DNA from: Chrysomallon squamiferum
Lineage: Eukaryota > Animalia > Mollusca
DNA length: 64,000 bases
Direction of reading: 5' to 3'
Assembly (NCBI GenBank): GCA_012295275.1
Contig: CM022665.1
Location: 24,986,001 to 25,050,000 of the forward strand
Position 1 is the stretch's first letter. Every line of letters begins with the position of its first letter. Positions 58,116 through 64,000 of the stretch are shown here, one piece after another. The position numbers and the translations under genes were made by a program. Below the pieces are notes generated by a model. That model made no database searches. It had not been told where the DNA came from and saw only the letters and a list, made by a program, of their open reading frames with translations.

Positions 58116-58511
58116 TTTCGTTTGATTATTTATTTATTTTTTAATTATATTGTTCTTTATTTTTATTATATATATATTAATTATAAATTTATTTTATTTT
58201 ATTCAATTGTTATAGTAGCACATTATTTTTTTTAATTATTATTATTATTTTTTTTTTTACCTCTGTTTTATTTCCTACATCCAAACAAGACTAAACCAGA
58301 CTACTCTCGACATGCAATCCAACAACCGCGGGTTATTCAAACTTTACTCGAGACTAAATTAATAAATACGATTTATCACGTCCTAACTCTTTGAATTACA
58401 ATTGGCTCCCAACAGGTTACTGAGCCGTATCTACAGTGCTACTGAGTATTCATTGACATATACGACTGGACTGATCTATTTTAAGTTTAAACTAGTTGCT
58501 AGATTACCCAC

Positions 58512-58611
58512 CTGGACAGGTAATAAACACGTTGAACAACAGCAGGCACCACTCCACGTACTCCATGATAACGGCCAGCGTCGTTGTGAAGAAGATTAGC
58601 GTTCTCGTCAT
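58512..58611 (-). CDS. Gene B exon 1: signal peptide
   Basis: MTRTLIFFTTTLAVIMEYVEWCLLLFNVFITCP-G; donor CCAG|gtgggt in phase 1; in-frame TAG upstream. The I-M-E motif sits the same distance from the donor as in gene A exon 1. Intron 1 is 12045 bp. Confidence 0.8.
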
Positions 58612-59543
58612 CAACGTCGACTTCAACTACATTCCTCGCCTGTGTAGGTTATCCAGACTCTGTGCTGCTGTCTCTCGTACGTTCCTGTCATTATCATATC
58701 TAAGTCTGTCGAAAAATGAGGCATGTGTTTTTGCAACAGAACCTTTTTTTTTTCTTCTTCTTCCTCTTTTTTTTTCAAAACAGCGTAATTTGCATTCGTT
58801 TTAAAAAAAAATTCTCCAAGACCATTAAAAACAAAGAGTACTTAACGGTTACTGCCAGTTGAGTAAATATCTCATTTGTTTTCTTAATTCTCTCGTACTT
58901 CGTCGTCAGGCTTTCGAATAATCCCATTGGTAGACTTCTGTGTCTTTTAAATTACAAGGAATCACTATTGTGCTCTTGGAGGAACTGAAAAAACGAACAA
59001 CACACAAACTCATTGCGGGAAATGTAATTATTTCATTTCGACGCCAAAAGGATTGTAGAGAACCGCGGTGGGTGACATTTGTTACACAATAAGAAGAAAC
59101 TTCTTGTTAATAAAGCAGCAAATGAAATCTTTCTCGAAAGAAACAGCAAGAAACTGTACACGTCACGGTAACCTTTGTGACATCATTCAGTCTGGATTCT
59201 GTAGAAATGAAAAAGAAAGAAATAAAATACCGTATTAATACTGTTACGTTGAAATGTCCTTAGGTCGTCAGATTAATTCCGAATTGTGTTCTTATATTAA
59301 ACCACTGTGTGAAACATTTATCTTTTTTACTCGTATAACTGTTGTTAAAAAAATGTTTGATAAATATCTAAAGATTTTTAGTTATTATTAAGACAAAGAA
59401 AAAAGAAACTTTTAAAGTACATATACTAATTTCTCTTTATAAAGTCTGTTTTACTGTATAATAAATAAATATATGTATTTCAGTCCTGTTGGTTTTATCG
59501 ATTAATGTTATTTGTAAATTCATTAATCTCAAGGCTTCTCTTT

Positions 59544-59584
<41 letters not shown>

Positions 59585-60379
59585 TCAAACTTAATAAATA
59601 CCACAGAACTTTTTTTTTTTTCTTTAAAATATCAAGATAAAACATAAGAAATCGAAAGGAAGGCTTATAATTTCTAAAATTTCTAAGACTGATTTACAAG
59701 AATTTTAAATAAATTATTAAATACATAATTATTCTCGAAAGTCCAAAAAAAAACCACCTCCAAAAACATTGACATTTTATAATATATATATATATTTGTT
59801 TTTTAACATTCACATAACCCGTAGACGACTAGTGAGAAAGGAAAGCAAGTTTAAAAGCCACACTACGCCAAGCCTTCAAACATTCTTTTTTTTTTTTAAA
59901 AAGAAAAAGAGAAAAAGTAGCTAGAAAACAGCAGACAAAGTTACCCTCCGTGTTTCCTAGATCCATTGCACACACACATCGCCTCCCAAGACGAGAATAT
60001 CTACAGTATTGACATGCTTTCTGCTTATCTTGTGAGGCACGCAGGAAACAAACATCCAATCACCGCTTGTAGATGTCACAACTACTTTCAATTTGGCTAT
60101 CGATCTCAGTTTTATGAAAGGGACTGCTGCGCTGCTCTACAAATATCGGAACAAACCAAGTTCCCACAATCACGGCAATTTGACTTTCAAATTTTTGCAA
60201 AAAGCTCCACCGCCAAGTCGAAGCTTTTTGGGGCGAGTTTTTCTTTTACAGCCGTGTTTCTGTAGCTTTTTGGCCAAGCATGCTGATTCCTGAATATCAG
60301 TAATGTCCAGTAGAATGAATACGAGAAGAAGAAGAAGAAGAAGAAAAAAAAAAATTAAGAAAGCAGAAAGGAAAAATGA

Positions 60380-60700
60380 AATATTCACCCTGTCACTTCG
60401 GTACGGAAAGGTTTGAAAACGTTCAGGAAGTGGTGTGATGAGAATGCTGTACCTAACGAAGACTTGGTGTGACTTTCTAAACCCTCGTGACAAACCGCCC
60501 GTCTCTCAAAACTAATTATTTGAACAGAATTCGATCCATGCCGCACTATATATTGATTTGTCGTTATGGCCAATTTGTAAGGTTTAAGTTTTAACGAGTG
60601 GTTATTGGTGTTCTTGAGACGAAAGCAAGAGTCGGGGTTTTAGATGTCTTTTCTCTGCGCCTTTCTCGACATCCAATAAGCTCTGCTGTTATACACGATT
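60380..60700. promoter_or_regulatory. Candidate promoter and 5' UTR exon region of gene B
   Basis: CCAAT/ATTGG at 60570, 60604 and 60673; CCGCCC at 60495; minus-strand donor-like AGG|gtgaat near 60387. About 2 kb upstream of the signal exon. Confidence 0.3.
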
Positions 60701-60763
60701 ACCAGTGTTTTTTAAACACGTATATACCATCTGTACAGCGTTTGTTTGATGATGATGATGATG

Positions 60764-60817
<54 letters not shown>

Positions 60818-61133
60818 GTAATAATAATAATGACTGATGATGACCGATGATGATGATGATGATGGTAACAACACAAGAATATAAAACTGAAACATTAACC
60901 AAAAATAAATATGAATTCACTCTCATATTTAAAATCTAAAGGACGCTGTCATCTACGCCTTCTTCTATCTATTTGATATGTACGTTGTAAATATTCAAGG
61001 CATATATTCATTATATGTCTTGAATTTGATGGCTAGATGAATTTCTACATTTTCGGCCACTTTTGAAAAATATAGCTTTTTGGGATGATATTACATTTGA
61101 TTCGATAAATGTTTTGTTATAAAAAAAAAGAAG

Positions 61134-61181
<48 letters not shown>

Positions 61182-62436
61182 TTCTGAACAATTTTCTTTA
61201 AAAATATTGTTATTTAAGATCTATTTTTATTTATTTATTTGTTTCAATTTTTTTTTTAAATTTATAGCGACAAAGAAATCAATGCGCGAAGCAGTGAGCT
61301 GAGAAATAAAAATGGAAATTTTATTTATTTATTTATTATTTAGGTTTGCAGGATAAAAGAAGTAACTGGTTATTCGCTATATATTGTCTTGAAGTAGAAA
61401 AGGCCAACTACAAAACAACAAAAAAAGAAAGCAATAAAAAGAAAGAAAGTAGAAGAAGAAGAAAAGAAACAAAACAAGAAAGAAAAAAGAAAAGCCAAAA
61501 AGTTCATTAAAATAAACACAGCAGTATTTTAGTATTTTTCTTTAATATCTTTACATATGGAAATTTTTCGTTCGACATTCCCTTGGTCGCCGGATCAGTT
61601 CCCCGTGGTGCTCTGATTAAGATTCTTTCAGTTTCAGCTAGAACCTTCTGTCTGTGTGGAGAAGCATACACCACATTATTTGCTTCTAACCGATAGGAGC
61701 AGACTTCATAATTTTATTACAGTAATAAAAAAGAGCATAAATATTTGACACTTTATGACCTTTCATACAAATTTGTCGAGGTTTCTTTTAAACAAACATC
61801 ATTTCACCATCTCTAACCACTGATAACTTTTACTCCAAGTCACTTCTAGTTCAGGACAACTAAGTTAAAAAAGAAATAAAAATAAAATGGTCCACGATGC
61901 TGGATTCTTGGCACCAGGTACTGTTAGTGTCATGTGTTAGGGGTTTATACAGAAGAGATGTTAGTGAACTTAGACCCTCTACAATTAACAATGAGACTGA
62001 AGCAGGACCGGTTGCGATCCTACATCCTATCAGTTTTAATGGCAATGCTTTAACCACAGAAACACTTAGATTGATCAGAACTATCAACAATCTGATGTTG
62101 TAGCGTTACATTATTATTAACTCGCTGATGCTGTTTTTTACTCTTCATATTTTCGTAAAAGACAAAAATCATTAACGGCTGACCATATATTAGACTGCGA
62201 GTAAAAAGATCGGATCTATTTCAATTACAACGACTACGACGATGAAGATGATGATGATGATGATTACTTAATTTATCACTGTCACTGTAAATTAAGAATA
62301 ATTTTAATTACTAATTATATGTTCTTCCAAATTCAAAGAGGCATGCAAAAATTATCTTATTCACTTAGTTACATATTTACGTACTTACTTATTTAGTATG
62401 AATTAAATAAACAAGATTACTTAAAGCAGTAAATGA

Positions 62437-62490
<54 letters not shown>

Positions 62491-63069
62491 CAAAAGAAGC
62501 ATAACGAAGTTCCTAATTACTCAACCTTCTTTTAGTACAAAGTCATATTATTAACTTTAGAACTCTGAACCTAAGAAACTTTAAACAGCCAAGAAGATGA
62601 TTGATACAGGACTGTATGTCAACAGTTCATGTGTCTGTCTGTGGCACATAGAATAAATAACCATTTCCCCCACGAATCACATATATGTTTGGCAACGTGT
62701 ACGGCGTAAACGAGCTTTGAACTGCAATTTCCTTTTCTTGTACGCTTTATTTCCTCCACTGTGGATCTCGCTTCTTTGCCGTTGACTTAAAGGAAATTAT
62801 GAACTTACCAGGAAAAACTAGTCATACAGAATAATGTACGCTGTTAGTCATTCTAGTAACACAATACTTTTCTCAGTTGTTATCATACTTAAAACACTTT
62901 GATGTTTCTGAAATTCGAAACTCTGCGTTATTTGTCTGCTGTACATACTGTGACGTTTGGTGAGATCTGGTTGCTTGTTCTGGCATTATTTTTAAAAAGA
63001 TTATCGTATAAAGTGAAATATTAAAAAGATTAACACTTTATTAAACTGCAGTCTCTAATTTTCTTTACC

Positions 63070-63345
63070 GTTCTCTCTCTTTCTCTCTCAGATTATCTCT
63101 CATATAATCTGTCTAGCTATCTATTTATCAAAATGTCTCTGTCTGTATCTCTGGCTCTATATGCATATATTTTTATCTGTCTATAGCTATATCTATCTCT
63201 ATTTCTGTATCTATCTATCTATCTATCAAATGTATATATATATTTATCTATCTATATTTCTATTTGTCTGTATTTCTACATGTCTGAATGTCTATTTATC
63301 TTTTTTATCTGTCTGTTTGTATGTATCTTTGTCTCTAATTTTCTC
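63070..63345. repeat. Degenerate (TCTA/TCTG)n low-complexity tract
   Basis: Direct inspection. Confidence 0.8.
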
Positions 63346-64000
63346 GTTATGCTTCAGCTCGATCTCATCATTAAGTGATTTTTTTTTTTTTTTTTTGCTC
63401 TGTCTCTGAATATATATGAATGCGTAAGCATTCTTTATTACTTTAATGTAGATTCTAAAGATCCAAAACATTTCTTCATTCGTTTTTCAGTTTCTTAATG
63501 TGGCCAATGAGACTAAATTTCTCTTACTTGAAAGAACAATTTCTTAGTAACTGAGTTAAAAACATTCCGAGTTATTTCGCTGGCCGCCAGAAAACTTTGT
63601 TCCTTTACAAGACCTAACAGTGAAAATAGATTAGAAACTTCTGGTTTTATTCGGGGCGTGTTAGAACTGAAGAGGAAACGTTACACGGTCTACATTTTGA
63701 GAATCTACAATAGACTTCACTGACCCGAGGCAGCCTGTAAATTCTCCGTCTGATACAATTACTTCTCGAGGGCAGTGCGAGTGGTCACGTGATCACTGGA
63801 CATTGAGCAAATTAGTTTACGGCATTCTGAGACATGTACGGGTGAAAGAGCAGCGCAAATATAACTTTGAAATGAAGTATTCGAATAAAATGCTAAAATC
63901 CTGAAATTTAATTGGTTTGTACGAAATGTTTGCTATATGTTTATGTTAGATGCACCTGTATGTCCTAGAATTTTATTCACCGTGGATGAATCTTTAAATT

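Noticed and set aside
58960-58990. Acceptor ttcag|TTCCTCCA identical to the start of the Ig3 exon
   Set aside because: The frame stops after six codons (FPPRAQ-stop); at most a 5' UTR acceptor, not a duplicated Ig exon.

Overview
Eukaryotic, AT-rich, microsatellite-dense invertebrate genomic DNA; a mollusc/lophotrochozoan origin is my inference from the protein's style. Nearly all ORFs in the supplied track are translated simple repeats. Reading the minus strand by hand gives two head-to-tail paralogous genes of the three-Ig, GPI-anchored IgLON/DIP/Lachesin-type adhesion family. Gene B is complete: 8 coding exons from 58611 to 35667, all splice phases compatible, 1293 nt, 430 aa. It encodes a signal peptide, Ig1-Ig3, a Thr-rich stalk and a GPI-type tail, and its intron 3 is GC-AG. 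Gene A is partial: a signal-peptide exon at 10788-10713 and the first Ig1 exon at 423-314, then it runs off the left edge. The best lead is an old tandem cluster of candidate neuronal recognition molecules, with weak splice donors that could yield secreted or differently anchored isoforms and a possible signal-less alternative first exon. I saw no rRNA, tRNA, CRISPR array or intact transposase.
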